From Octopus bimaculoides (lineage: Eukaryota), in the NCBI RefSeq assembly GCF_001194135.2, contig NC_068992.1, positions 32,871,993-32,930,560 of the forward strand: a stretch of DNA of 58,568 bases, read 5' to 3'. The notes below the pieces were generated by a model. The model worked only from the letters and a program-made list of their open reading frames with translations. It did no database searches and was not told the origin of the DNA. The translations under genes and the position numbers were made by a program. The first letter of the stretch is position 1. Each line of letters starts with the position of its first letter. This document shows, piece by piece, positions 24,534 to 37,296 of this stretch.

Positions 24534-25037
24534 NNNNNNNNNNNNNNNNNNNNNNNNNNNNNNNNNNNNNNNNNNNNNNNNNNNNNNNNNNNNNNNNNNN
24601 NNNNNNNNNNNNNNNNNNNNNNNNNNNNNNNNNNNNNNNNNNNNNNNNNNNNNNNNNNNNNNNNNNNNNNNNNNNNNNNNNNNNNNNNNNNNNNNNNNNN
24701 NNNNNNNNNNNNNNNNNNNNNNNNNNNNNNNNNNNNNNNNNNNNNNNNNNNNNNNNNNNNNNNNNNNNNNNNNNNNNNNNNNNNNNNNNNNNNNNNNNNN
24801 NNNNNNNNNNNNNNNNNNNNNNNNNNNNNNNNNNNNNNNNNNNNNNNNNNNNNNNNNNNNNNNNNNNNNNNNNNNNNNNNNNNNNNNNNNNNNNNNNNNN
24901 NNNNNNNNNNNNNNNNNNNNNNNNNNNNNNNNNNNNNNNNNNNNNNNNNNNNNNNNNNNNNNNNNNNNNNNNNNNNNNNNNNNNNNNNNNNNNNNNNNNN
25001 NNNNNNNNNNNNNNNNNNNNNNNNNNNNNNNNNNNNN

Positions 25038-25083
<46 letters not shown>

Positions 25084-25549
25084 CACGCGTTATCTCAAAT
25101 GAGAGGACGGAATAAATATTAAGATAATTAATAGCGGTTATGATAAATGTAAATTGCACATTAGCTCTATTGGACATGGACGTGATGAGATCTAGTCATT
25201 AATTACTGAATAACTTGAGAAAATAAGAGTTGTAATAACATGTTAGGTAAAAGAGATAAAACATATATGATGCGGTAATGTAAAGGTAGTTGTTTATTAT
25301 TAGTTTAAGTTTCCAGTTTGAACAGAATCGACGGCTACTTATATCTAACAGTTACTTCATTTTAGAGAAAACTACGCTACATCTATTTACATCTCTTAAT
25401 TTTAATGGTATCATGCAGTTGTTTCAAGAGAAATAACATTTCCTGATATAATTGCGTTATTAAATATTTTGGCTGTTCTCATCCTTTACAAGTTAAAGTT
25501 TGCTTCAAAACAACACGATACATATGCTTAAAATCTAATACATATATTT

Positions 25550-26130
25550 ACCGATTAATCTGATTTTCTTCCCTGTCCCATGGAACAATATCCGGCCTAT
25601 TGTGATTAATCTGGCTTGTTGTTTTTAATAGGAGTGCCCCAACAGTATTCCTTACTTTAAACAGAGAGTTTATAATCCAGTTCTGGTTTGCCTTTAGTAT
25701 GGTTATCAGGATTAGTCTCCCTCCAGACAGCCCTGTAGTCCGTTCTAATGATATTGTCCTGTCGCATGGGAGGGTTGTGCCTTGCGCATATCGTTGAACT
25801 GCTGCTGATGAGAATGACGATATCTTCCAATCAACCTCCTCAGTCACAACGCATACATATTAGTGTCTGTCCTGTTCCTGGCTGGTAAAGTCGTAGCTTT
25901 CTAAATGACATGCGGTGCATTTATCAAAGGTCATGGAGAGGCTACTGTTGCCATTAGTGTTCTTGATATTCTCTATCTTGCAGGAGATGTACTCCTGCAT
26001 CACGTCTTTCTAGTGTGTGAAGTATTTCAAGTTTTCGTGAAAGTAAGTTAGTCCAACGTACCGTGGTTTACGCTGGACAGTTGTATATTCAGACAACATA
26101 TTCAGTTCTGCATCTAATATCATGATGTTA
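25550..26130 (-). mobile_element. Decayed RLE-type (R2/R4-like) non-LTR retrotransposon C-terminal fragment
   Basis: Minus strand DKCTACHLES...RH (zinc motif region) and INHNRPDIVPWD (PD-(D/E)xK nuclease start). Confidence 0.55.
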
Positions 26131-27902
26131 TTATTTTCACTGTTGGGTACATATGTCATCTAGCTGTCTGTTTGATGTTTTGTTAGTGCTGTCTTATGTT
26201 TAAGCATATGAAGACTTGATGGAAGCACGTTCAAAATGTTAACCACCACATGTAAGCAATTATGAAAAATATCTTGAATAAAACAAGTATTGTCATACTT
26301 CTATTTTAGTTAAGGAGAGGAGTGTCTCTTCCGTTGAATAGGCGAGTTATTGTTTGATAGCAAGAGTTGATTTTGGAGAAACTGAAGTACACAGGGGAAT
26401 TTTTGTTGGAGTAAGGGAAATTGAGACAGCCTAAGTGGGTAAAAAGACATAATAAGAGTGAGGAAAGCGTAAGATGCGCATAATGAGGGAAATAAAAAGA
26501 ATTACTGGAGGAAGGGAGAAAAGAAAATTTCATAAGAGATAGCAAAAACTTGATTTCTAATTTTTTTTTAATGTCGGCGAAAAATATTGGTTTAAAATGT
26601 TGGCAATAGGCCAGAAATTTCGTAGGATGGAGAGAGCCGATTACATCGACCTCGGTGTTTAACTGGTACTTATTTTGTGGTTGAAAGCTAAGTCGACATT
26701 GGCAGCATTTGAACTCAGAACGTAAAGACGGACAGAATGCCGCTAAGCATTTAGTCCCGCGCGCTAACAATTCTTGCCACCTCTCCACCCTAGAGGCAGT
26801 AGATATTATAATTTTCTTTTTTAATTATCAGCTTAAATGAGGATCATATATATGATCGTAAAATTTCTCCTTAAATTTTACTTTTGTCAAGTACATGAAA
26901 AGCTTTTACATCACTTATAGCTTGTGCGCTATAGTGATGACCACCGCTTCATAAATTATAGTTTCAACTTTGTAGGAAATCTCAAGTGATAAAGTATTTG
27001 TGTTCTTGTATGAGCGTGTGCCGTCACTTTCGTTGGTAATAGTGCGCGTTAACATACTTGTAATTTGTCTGATGCAAATGTAGCTTATTCCTAGGTTGTA
27101 TCTGTTTAAAGCTTTTCTTTGTTTTGTTTTTTTGTTGTTTTGTTTTTTTTTTGCTGGAGTGGGGAGCGTTTGTCTATTAGATTTACAAAATCTATCCTTA
27201 CTTTAGGATTTACATCGAGTGAAAAGAGTCTGTGTAAACCATGAGGTATTACGGCGCCTCTTTTTGTTTTCAACTAGCCAAGATGCGGGTAATATCATCC
27301 TTGAATCCGCTAGCTAATAAGACTTTATTATTTGAAAAAGCTTCCATTTTCAAATAGTTCTGTTAGGGAAGACAAGCATAATATCGTTCTAACGCTGATG
27401 AAACTTATTATATGAATGAGCTAAATTTTTTTCTGAATAGTTTAATTCCTACAGTTTTTAAATCAAATACAAGATCTATGTCGCCAACTTTAGTTAGGTT
27501 AGTGTCTAGAGTTATTTAATACCGAAAAAGCATCAGCGAAAGAATCTCCAGTTTCTCAGCGGATAGAGAGATCTGAAAAAGGAACACAAGCCATTATAAC
27601 GAGACAGCAGCGAGGAGTGACTTGACTGATAAATTAGTGTATATGAATGCTCCCTAATCTTCTTCCTCACTTACAAATTCGAAGAAACTTTGGAAGAGAA
27701 AAGAAATTCAGCGAAGTGCTCCATTCATTCTAGATGTATTCATTCATACAGATAGAAGCTTTGTGGCCGTAATTAAACAGTATTTTAGAAACACTTGTGT
27801 ATCATGAAATTTTTAATATCCAAAATGTTACGATCAGCTACTCAATCTTGGAAGATATCGACTTCCAAAACTGCTCACAGCAACAGAAACAATATGCACC
27901 AT

Positions 27903-28250
27903 CGCATGGCCTTGTGGCCAGAGTATTGCCAGATCATGGTTTCGATTCCTAGACCGGTAGTGCATTGTTTTCTTAAGGAAAAGCACTTTATTTCCCGTTA
28001 CTTCAGTCCACTCATCTGTAAATGGGTGACGCTGTGAGGGATTGGCGTACAGGTGTGAGAGGTCGATTCAGGAAAATCGCCCACACAGAGAACTCGCGGG
28101 TCACGTTTGTATTCAGCAATCGAAAGGATGAGTAAGTGCGACTCGTGCTGTGAATCTTCGCTTGTTGGAATTGGTTGTTCAATCTCGTCGAAGAATGATA
28201 AACATAGTCTCCATCCCATACAACAATCTGTAACAGGAAATCCCATCAAC
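27903..28250 (+). mobile_element. tRNA-headed SINE, family D; copies at 52455-52720 and 53584-53775
   Basis: A-box-like TGGCCTTGTGG/TGGTTAGTGG/TGGACTAGTGG, B-box GTTTCGATTCC/GGTTCGATTCC, shared CAGTCCACTCA(T/G)CTGTAAATGG. Confidence 0.7.
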
Positions 28251-28353
28251 TGGCTGTTGGAAGGACACTGACTCTCAAAAGCAGTTGTCACACCATCCGA
28301 TGACATCCTACATATACACATACATGCACATAGATATATACATATGTGTCCAT

Positions 28354-28386
<33 letters not shown>

Positions 28387-31300
28387 NNNNNNNNNNNNNN
28401 NNNNNNNNNNNNNNNNNNNNNNNNNNNNNNNNNNNNNNNNNNNNNNNNNNNNNNNNNNNNNNNNNNNNNNNNNNNNNNNNNNNNNNNNNNNNNNNNNNNN
28501 NNNNNNNNNNNNNNNNNNNNNNNNNNNNNNNNNNNNNNNNNNNNNNNNNNNNNNNNNNNNNNNNNNNNNNNNNNNNNNNNNNNNNNNNNNNNNNNNNNNN
28601 NNNNNNNNNNNNNNNNNNNNNNNNNNNNNNNNNNNNNNNNNNNNNNNNNNNNNNNNNNNNNNNNNNNNNNNNNNNNNNNNNNNNNNNNNNNNNNNNNNNN
28701 NNNNNNNNNNNNNNNNNNNNNNNNNNNNNNNNNNNNNNNNNNNNNNNNNNNNNNNNNNNNNNNNNNNNNNNNNNNNNNNNNNNNNNNNNNNNNNNNNNNN
28801 NNNNNNNNNNNNNNNNNNNNNNNNNNNNNNNNNNNNNNNNNNNNNNNNNNNNNNNNNNNNNNNNNNNNNNNNNNNNNNNNNNNNNNNNNNNNNNNNNNNN
28901 NNNNNNNNNNNNNNNNNNNNNNNNNNNNNNNNNNNNNNNNNNNNNNNNNNNNNNNNNNNNNNNNNNNNNNNNNNNNNNNNNNNNNNNNNNNNNNNNNNNN
29001 NNNNNNNNNNNNNNNNTGAATAATTATTACAATTAAAAGAGTAAAGGATTATCAATTTATTAATTTATTAATAAATTAATAATTAATAATTTTTACCAAG
29101 CCCTTCGGTATGTAAGCACCATTATCGGTGAGAAACTTATTAAAAAGTTCTTATACATTTATAAACAAAATTAAGGGATCAGAAACAGGTTGCTTCACCA
29201 CATACCGAAGTTCAGAAATAGCAGCTAAATTGCTGAGACTCCAACAGATGGCAATTACCTGCAACTCACATAGATAAAACAAGAAGAAAAATAACGAACA
29301 AAACTAGCCATAGTTAATCATATACATATATATATATATGTGGCGTGCTTATGCACTTCTTCAAGTGTAGGAACATGGAAAATCCACATCCTCTTCTACT
29401 AGAACTGGATACACTGGCTTTAAGGGAACGAATTTCCAGCATCAGATAGGGCATTGCTAAGAGGGCCACTCTGAAATTCTCAATGATTTTGTTATCACGG
29501 TATTTACCTCCGAGTGAAATTTCATATATTGCAACTGCCTGCTATATTCATTAACATAAAAATTGATGTATCATATTGCTGTCAACAATAATAGACCCCA
29601 TTCATGAAATTCAAGCTATCGGCCGCAAATACCCGGACAAGTCCGCCTTAAGCTTAACTCTCATATACGCAGTTTCAGAATAAACAATTTTGACATACCC
29701 TGAGAGATATGATTTCTTTTCTGCATGCCATGAATGTTATCTACCAATATCTAGCTACAAAATACACCACACGCATCTGCTCATGACACTCAAATGTAGT
29801 CTGATACCTCCAGACCGTTTAACTTGTACGTATAAGAGCTTCCACTGCTCCCACATATACCTTATAAATGTAGAAGCAGCTTTCTGTTCTCTGCCTGAAA
29901 TATATTGCTATTACAAAATTAAACACTGATTTCTTTTCTCAGATTTGCAGATGTCTGAGGTCTATCGCGAAGGATATTATGTACCAATGTGCGCATGTGC
30001 GTTTGTTTATACATATAAACCAGAGCTGTACTTCTCAATCAACTCACGTGAGGTAAGCCTGTGAGGTGTAACTGAAGTAAATGTCACGTCTTTAGACAGC
30101 CATTCTATCCATTTAATAACACTCAAACACAAAACTATTAAATTCACATCTGATTTATATGTGTCATTATTTAAATAGTACGCCTTTGACCTTGTCAATG
30201 ACTCCGTCCCCCCTCAGCTGTTTCCCTGTTTGTTAATGGCCAATTCTAATAGACGTCATTATTCTTTCCTTTTCTTTTCTTCTTTGTCTTCGATTTTTTA
30301 TTTTTTCGAGTTGAACTTAAGGCGTTTGTCCACATGTCATTTGTCATCGACTGATGACCGTTTGTCAATTTCAGGTTTCTTTCTTTCTCTCGTTGTATAA
30401 ATCATTGTGATCATTATACAGTTATGTTTTATTATTATTATTATTATTATTGCTTCCATTTTTTCGTTTTTCTTATTTCCCTTCTTGTTAATTTTGTAAT
30501 TGTTAGTTTATTTACTACATTAGAACATTAGCTATATTAGTCTGTTTCTTTGCTGTAGCTCGGGACTAAGAAAGTCGGTTTCTGTTATATAGATTAGATA
30601 TGATTTATAAAGAGATTTGTTAAAAAGAATAGAGAAAAAAGGATTATCAGATGTTAATCAGGAAATATATTTCAAACAAATCCTGCACACTAGACTTTCC
30701 AAATGAATGACTCGGTTTAGTCGCTGAAGATTCGATCATGAATACAGGTCATACCAGATTACATGTTAACAGCTGCGAGGATTTGTGACCTGACGAACAT
30801 AGATGCACACACATGTGACTGGTTATATATGCATCTATACACGTATAACAATTAACAAAAATTCAGTAAACCAACTTTGACGTCAGAAAAGATGGATGGC
30901 AGTTGATGTGGGATAATCGAGTTCACAGCTGTGATGAGCGAAGCCGCACCTTGCTAGATTAATTGTTGCAACAGATATCGTTCCAGCCAAAATGAATTGA
31001 AAATATTAATAGTTTGTAGAAAGATAAAGATGAAGAAAGAGTGATGACAGAAAAGGAAAGAAGAAAATAGGTTAAAATATAATTCTTTCTTTAAATATGT
31101 ATCTATGGAATGTAAACTTAAAACATGACAAAACAAGTAATGTTGATACATTAGTTGTTATAAGTGTAATGTAAACGTATATTCCGTAATCAAGGAAGAG
31201 AACGTTAAGAAAATATTAAATTTAGGTTAGTTTTAGATAACTTGCGCTGTGTTATTTTTTGTTCATTTTCCCACGCGCATTTTTCTATTCATCTTTTACA

Positions 31301-32060
31301 AAATATTTTTTTTCTTTTGATTGAAAACCTAGCTGTTATGAGTAATGTATGCACATATGTTCATTGATGTATGCATGTGTTTATGTATGCAGTTAGACAG
31401 ATAGAGTATGCAAAAGAGATATATGTATGTATGTATGCATTCATGTAGACATGTATGAATGTATGCATGTATACATTATCTTCTGTTTTGGCTGACCACC
31501 TACTTGGTAGCAAGGTTCTGAAGGAAAGCATCTTACTTTAACCATCATATCTCTCCTCAAAATCTCAAGTTTAGCTATACTTTGCTCCAGACGAGTTGTT
31601 TGTATCCTGTTGCTCCTCCTGCTACCGTTTGACAACCGATGTTGATTTAATTATGCACCCGTAACTTAGCGGTTTGGATAAAGAACTCGGCAGAATAAGT
31701 AGCAAGCTGAGGTTGATTTGTTCGACTGAAACCTTGCAAGGGGGTAACCCAGCTTGACTGCAGTCCAATGGCTGTACAATCCAAAAATAGAAGATAAACT
31801 ATTTTTGTTACTAGAGTGACGCTCTGATAAACAGTGACCGAACTGCGACAACAGCCCTCCTTGACATGCATTGTACCAAATACAATGATTTGGTGTCTAT
31901 TTACTTTATCTTTTTACTCTTTCGGAGTCGATAAAACAAGTACAAGTGGATCACGACGGTCGATGTAATTGACATACCTCCTCCCACGAAATTGCTGGCT
32001 TTGTGCCAAAATTTGAAACCAGTATATGTATGCAAATATATATATTTTTTTTTTTTAAAG

Positions 32061-32330
32061 AAAAGCAACAAAAATGTATTACGTTATAGCAGTACGTACG
32101 TTTCGTACAAACTTCATTTATTTATGTAGTGAGAACACCACATAAGATGTGCAATGAAAATGTACTCCTCAGCTGCATAATGGAAGTTCATTTCAGAAAG
32201 TCATTTTGTAAATGTGTACTGAGGAGTACATTTTCATTGTACATCTTATGTGGTGTTCTCACTACATAAATAAATGAAGTTTGTACGAAACGTACGTACT
32301 GCTATAACCTAATACATTTTTGTTGCTTTT
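32061..32330. repeat. 270-bp foldback: 112-bp arms (32061-32172 and 32219-32330, two mismatches) with a 46-bp spacer
   Basis: Direct base-by-base comparison. Confidence 0.95.
32084..32180 (-). ncRNA. Complete type I hammerhead ribozyme
   Basis: TTATGCAG-CTGAGGA-GTACA(structured 51-nt insert)TGTAC-GAAA-CGTACG-T-A-CTGC(T)ATAA. All core nucleotides canonical, 8-bp stem I with one bulge, palindrome ACGTACGT, GUA cleavage site between 32093 and 32092. Confidence 0.85.
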
Positions 32331-32516
32331 TCTTCAAATTTTATTCACCAAATCTCTTGATTTTGTTTTGGTCTTTACCCTACCAAATTATGGTGCCACA
32401 AACATTTTAAGTACCACATTTAATCTTTATATNNNNNNNNNNNNNNNNNNNNNNNNNNNNNNNNNNNNNNNNNNNNNNNNNNNNNNNNNNNNNNNNNNNN
32501 NNNNNNNNNNNNNNNN

Positions 32517-32559
<43 letters not shown>

Positions 32560-32974
32560 GTATATGTACATTGTTAAAGTAAAATGCGGACTAGCTGACC
32601 ACACACCTGTCAATTTCCAAACTGATAGTTGATACCTGACTATAATCACTTCCACTGTACATTGCCCCTCTCTTTAACAATAACATAATAATCAAAAGAC
32701 ATCTTCTTAAGTACATTCCAATCAAAATTATATACTGAACACTCTCCAACATAATCATAAATGTGCCCTTGGCTCGAAAGCCTCCCATTTAAGCTATGGT
32801 TTCTAGCCCACCATAGAACTAAATGCTAATTATGAACTGCCACTTGTCATCAGTATTAGAACATGGCTGTACCTTACGTTTGGAGAAAACTTCGACTTAT
32901 ATATAAATTATATAATAATTTGCTTATAAATACGTATTTTTATACCTTTCTGTACGTGTATGCGTATCTAGATG

Positions 32975-33085
32975 TACGAGGGAGTACCCAAAAGTAACCG
33001 GAAAGTTCTTTGTGGGACAAGCCCCTTGTAGTTCAGGCTTCTGCTGCTAGAAGCCACTTGATGCGACCCTCAGGCATCAGTGGTT
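32975..33085 (+). mobile_element. Mariner-like left-end fragment
   Basis: TACGAGGGAGTACCCAAAAGTAACCGGAA resembles the TACGAGG terminus of the other two mariners; no right end found. Confidence 0.45.
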
Positions 33086-33869
33086 ATGTGGTCTGAGAGC
33101 AAAATTCTGACCACACCGTGTGTATGTGTATGTGAGAGAGAGTGAGAGAGAGTATTTTTGTATATATTTATGGATTTGCAAATGTGTGTGTGTGTGTGTG
33201 TGTATGTGTGTGTGTGCGTGTGTTAAAAGTATTCTACTCACGTCTAGAGATAAGAAAAAATAGTTAAAAGTAAATCCGTTATGCCTTTTATATTTTTGCG
33301 AATTAATTCCAAACTATATTGTTACAGTCAAGTAATTTCAAAACACCCTCTTAAGTTCTGCGAATACTATAATTAGGTAACTACACGAAAGTACATAATT
33401 TCAAACCAATTCACTAAAACATTTGCCAGTAATAACTTGCTTCTCGCCTTCATTTAATATATAGTGCATCTACCGGAGGGACCCGCTTTATACACTCACT
33501 TGGAAACAAGGGAAGTAACATGTTAATATATTGCTAGGAAAAAATTGTCTCATTAATCCTTTACTCTTTTGTCATATTTTCTGCACATCAATCTAAATGT
33601 TCACTGAGTAAAGCTTTCTAGTTTCGGATCACGTATTTGCTGTCGATGAACCGTCATATGTTTTTTTAGTGATATACCAGTTTAGGTAATGTAATTCTCG
33701 CCACACCCACATAAATTTATGACATAAATTAAATTCTCCGAATGACGTAAAATGTCGTTTTCTATTTTAAAAATTTGCCCATTTTGTAAAAGTATGACTC
33801 TGAGCTTTAGGATATATTGATACAAATTGCACAATTGGATGTTGCTCATTTTTAACTGTCGGGTTATGT

Positions 33870-36085
33870 GTATGTTGGTAGACAGTTGGGCACTTGATAA
33901 AAGTTTCTCCAGAGAATCTGACTTTTTGCTTTTGGTTATTTTTTATTTCTCTATGATTTTCCTCAATCTTTGAACACATTTGGGTAGGGGTAAATTTTGC
34001 TTAATTACATTAAAGGCCTTGGTGTTCTAAGGGTTGTGTATTGGTTTCACAGTAAAACATTTGTGTCTTCTTTGCTTTTCACAGTTCTTAAATGTTTTTT
34101 GCCCAAACGATTTAAAGTTAAAGCCAATAATGGCAGGAACTTCTTGCGAGTCTTACCAGTTAAGCAATTTTTTAGATATATCAATAAAAATATATTCGAA
34201 ACATATAGAGAGCTCTATAAGAGAGGAACGGGGATATGTTAGATCACATATTATGAGCAACAAATGATAAAAGCTTAATATTTTCTTTTGATGTGGTTAA
34301 GCTGTATTTAAAAAATCACAATGAATATGGAATAGAAGCAATGTATTTTTGTTTCAAATAAATACTGGTTACCTGTTCACATAAAAAGAGAATTTCTTTT
34401 TTAATGTCTTCAATTTATTTTACAAAATAAGTTTTTTAATTTCTAATAAATGATATATAAACAAAAATCCTGTTCGGTGACGGAAACCATGGTAGCTCCA
34501 ATGTATACAACCTTGGCTAGATACGTTTAACTTAAAATATGTTTAAAAAATCCTTCTTAAAATATGGAAACCGTTTTCATAATTACTTGAAAGGAAATTG
34601 GATGAGATATTTAGATGATTGTTTTATATTGTAGGGGAAGAGGTTCGATTAGAAATCAAGGCTCTAAAAGATAGTATCATCAAGAACATCCAGTTTACAG
34701 GGAAATATTGCAAGGATGAATTATCCTTTTTAGATATATCAGTTTAAGAAAACAGAATAGAATTTAGATGTATATTATAAACCAACACTCGAAACAATAT
34801 TTGTATTTTCCTTCATGCCACACAAAGTAGCACAACCTGTGCAACCTAGCAAAAGTAATATGCACCATTGTACCAAATCTGAATACTCAAAAAAAAAGAC
34901 TAAATGAAGTAAACGATATTTCGATTAGTAGACTTTATCAGTAAACTGAAAGAGCATCACTCTGTTCTTTCGGCTGATAACACAACCGAAAGAGCGGAGA
35001 CATTTGATGCCAGTGATTTGAGTACTGTGAAAACTAAAACAGAAACAAATGTTTTACCGTACATCTCAATCCAAAATATTATGAAAGTTGAGGTGTTGAA
35101 TGTAATTAAGCAACATATACCCCTGCTAAAATATAATCCTAGAATGAGGAGAATCATAGAAAACAAAAGCATAATCGATCACAAAAGTCAGTCAGTCTTC
35201 ACAACTGCCTGACAACCTACCAGTATTTCACATAACCCGATAGTTAAGAATACGGAAGATCAAATAGTGGATATTGTATTCGAAAGCTCAGAAATCGGCT
35301 TCAAAAATTTCATTTATATTACAACATACTGTAGGTGTGATAGGAATTATATAGACCAAATAGGCATGTCACTTAGATAAAGTTGTTCATCGACAACAAA
35401 TAAGTGATCAGGACATTAGAAAGATTAAATCCTTGAGCATTTAGATAGATTTGCAGGAAATCGACGATTAAATTTTAAAGTTTTACCCACAATATCAATG
35501 TGCAGAATATATGACAGAATAACAAAGCATCAATAAGGAAATATTTTATGATAAAGACAAATCTAAATCGTTACCCATATTCTGAGACCTGCTTTTAATT
35601 AATTTTCTAATATTTGTAAATTATATTTAAAATACAAAAATGTGCAACTTACACTGATTTGCGTAGTATAACATATAGAATATTACTGTCCTTATTCCCT
35701 AGTGAGTGTATAATGAAATTACTTCCTGTAGGTGCACTATGTATTAAATAAAGGCTAGTAGCAAGTCATTACACATGTACATTACAATGTATATCTTCTA
35801 TAAGGAGTGAATCCACTTTGAAATAATGTACTTTCATACATTTTTCTAATTATGGAATTTGAAGAGTTTAATAAGGTATTTTGAAATTATTTGATTGTAC
35901 TTTGGAATCTGTAATCTTAAAATGAATTGATTGTAATAATGTATTTTAGATATGATATGATATTTTGGAATATGTAATAATGTCTGTTGAAATAATTTCA
36001 CTGTGATAATCTGATTTTCAAGCATATTCTTACGTTTTGAAATTATTTCTCTGTAATAATATACTTTGCTCTTAATTCCCTGAAA
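33870..36085 (+). mobile_element. Heavily decayed Penelope-like element (RT plus GIY-YIG)
   Basis: KLKPIMAGTSCESYQLSNFLDISIK (34034-34267), FDVVKLY, WMRYLDDCF at about 34600, IQFT..LSFLDI, DVYYKPT, C..C..YI(D/G)Q..HRQQI at about 35330-35400. Confidence 0.8.
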
Positions 36086-36088
36086 TAC

Positions 36089-37204
36089 TACGGTAAGCTG
36101 AATAGTTCATAGGCTCACTATGAAGGAGTAATGTGAGAGCTGAGAAACCTTGCCTGCATTAATTTCAACATATCTTATTAATAACTACGTTGTTTCTTTC
36201 TAGGTAAATTGATGTCATAAAAACTTCGAAACTAATACCGACTTTTCTTGAAAATGGACAAAACTTTACATCGCGGTGCTATGAAATACCTGCAAAAAAA
36301 GGGTTTATCCCCCAAGGACATTCATACTGACATGGTTGCAACTTTAGGAGATAACGCTCCAGGTTTATCAACAGTACAAACGTGGACAGCCGAATTTAGA
36401 AAAGAAGGAAGTCTTGAAAATGACCAAGTTATTGATATCTATCAGCTGTTACTCCCTAGGAAAATATTGATTGTGTTCACCACATGCTGATGGATGACAG
36501 GCGATTGAGTATAAATCTAGTAGCCAATGCTATTAGCATATCCCATGAGAGAGTTGGGAATATTCTAGAGAATGAACGTGACGTGATGAAGGTTTCTGCT
36601 CAGTGAGTGCTACGTCTCCTGATACCTGATCAAAAGCGCACCAGGCTTATCACATCACAGGAAAATCTGACATTGTTTGAGGCAGATCCACCTGCTTTCC
36701 TTGAAAGTTTCCTAAGCCATAAGCATTGACTTATCCTTTTGAGTCAGAAACAAAGAGACAATTCATATAGTGAAAACGCTTTCTTCACCTGCTCCATAGA
36801 AAGCCAAGGTCATTGCACCTATAGGGAAGGTGATGGCCTCAGTTATTTGGGAATGCAAAAGCATTGTGTTTGTTGGCTATCTTCAAGAGGGCCACACCAT
36901 TAATAGAGAGTATTATACCAACTTGCTGAAGCAGTTAAGAAAGGCTATTAAGACGAAACACCCAGGAAAAATGACGTAAGGCGTCCTCTTTCATCAAGAT
37001 AGTGTTCCAACACACACGTCATTGGTGTCATTGGCTGCTACTCGTGAATGTGACTTTGGACTGGTTGATTACTCACCATCATTTTCTTCTGATTTTGCCC
37101 TGACTATCATGTGTTCCTCAACATGAAACAAACACTTGGCTGGGAACCAAGCACTGCAGCACCGATGGGAGAAAATTGTGTGAACTTTTCATCCACTCCT
37201 CGTA
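36089..37204 (+). mobile_element. Mariner DNA transposon, decayed transposase
   Basis: MDKTLHRGAMKYLQKKGLSPKDIHTDMVATLGDNAP, MKVSAQ*VLRLL (WVPRLL), GKVMASV, FHQDS(N)..H, SSDFA (SPDLAP). Imperfect TIRs TACGGTAAGCTGAATAGTTC and GAACTTTTCATCCACTCCTCGTA. Confidence 0.88.
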
Positions 37205-37257
37205 TAAAAGGATTGAGGCATTTTCTTATTATTTTCACACACACACGCGCGCGCGCG

Positions 37258-37296
<39 letters not shown>

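Noticed and set aside
27393-27427. CTGATGA-AACTTATT...AATGAGCT-AAA, hammerhead-like
   Set aside because: G12, stem III and stem I are absent.
29350-29900. Possible minus-strand micro-exons (for example TTTCAG|34 nt|GTATAT at about 29850-29885)
   Set aside because: Splice-like signals are common by chance here and no consistent frame or homology supports them.
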